Assembly (NCBI GenBank): GCA_963739045.1
Contig: CAVTYY010000011.1
Coordinates: 76,685-140,684, forward strand
Length of the DNA stretch: 64,000 bases
DNA from: an uncultured Bacillaceae bacterium
Lineage (GTDB): Bacteria > Bacillota > Bacilli > Bacillales > Halobacillaceae
Direction: 5' to 3'
Positions 63,863-64,000 of this stretch are shown here, in pieces; the stretch's first letter is position 1; every line of letters starts with the position of its first letter. The notes beneath the pieces are model-generated. The model was not told the DNA's origin, did no database searches, and saw only the letters and a list, made by a program, of their open reading frames with translations. Made by a program: the position numbers and the translations under genes.

Positions 63863-64000
63863 TTAATCTTCGGCAATCCAGGTTCGCAATAATTTAGCGA
63901 AATCCTCTGGTTTATCCTTCGCCATCCTCTCAAGCTGACGGCGGCGAGCGGTTGATTCTGTTTCTTTCTCTTCGATTTCCGGTACTTCAATTGGAACTTT
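63863..64000 (-). CDS. fliF: Flagellar M-ring protein FliF; C-terminal 45 codons only, 5' end lies beyond the window edge
   Basis: Open frame to the window edge ending ...FAKLLRTWIAED-TAA (63863-63865), directly upstream of fliG, whose SD sequence (AAGGGGGG) follows. Confidence 0.8.
   Translation of the reverse strand, partial: KVPIEVPEIEEKETESTARRRQLERMAKDKPEDFAKLLRTWIAED

Noticed and set aside
1-64000. Searched for CRISPR repeats, IS or transposase genes, integrases, phage genes, toxin-antitoxin or restriction/defence genes, and tRNA/rRNA genes.
   Set aside because: I found no spaced direct repeats, no terminal inverted repeats flanking any gene, and no such gene families. Every ORF of credible coding quality is accounted for by conserved housekeeping, sporulation or flagellar functions.

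Overview
This window is a conserved core-chromosome segment of a spore-forming, flagellated Bacillaceae-type Firmicute. Every gene I can support lies on the minus strand. Reading right to left, gene order is colinear with the B. subtilis blocks: (1) the fla/che operon (fliF through sigD and swrB); (2) rpsB-tsf-pyrH-frr-uppS-cdsA-dxr-rseP-proS-polC; (3) rimP-nusA-ylxR-ylxQ-infB-ylxP-rbfA-truB-ribC-rpsO-pnp; (4) ylxY-ymxH-spoVFA-spoVFB-asd-dapG-dapA; (5) tepA-ylzJ-spoIIIE/ftsK; (6) a GntR regulator followed by a BMP-lipoprotein ABC importer. I count 66 apparently intact CDS, two of them truncated by the window edges, plus one broken gene. I saw no rRNA, tRNA, CRISPR array, IS element, prophage or recognisable defence or accessory island. 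Many ORF-track 5' ends are over-extended, so I re-placed starts using Shine-Dalgarno spacing and conserved N-termini. Several starts are TTG: nusA, rimP, polC, cheA, fliK, the BMP lipoprotein and probably rseP. Honest assessment: this is an ordinary housekeeping and flagellar region, and I found no convincing undescribed multi-gene system. The most notable observation is that the hook gene flgE is interrupted by two opposite frameshifts while all surrounding flagellar genes are intact. Lesser points are three uncharacterised genes embedded in the flagellar operon, a structured leader upstream of rimP-nusA, and small synteny differences from B. subtilis.
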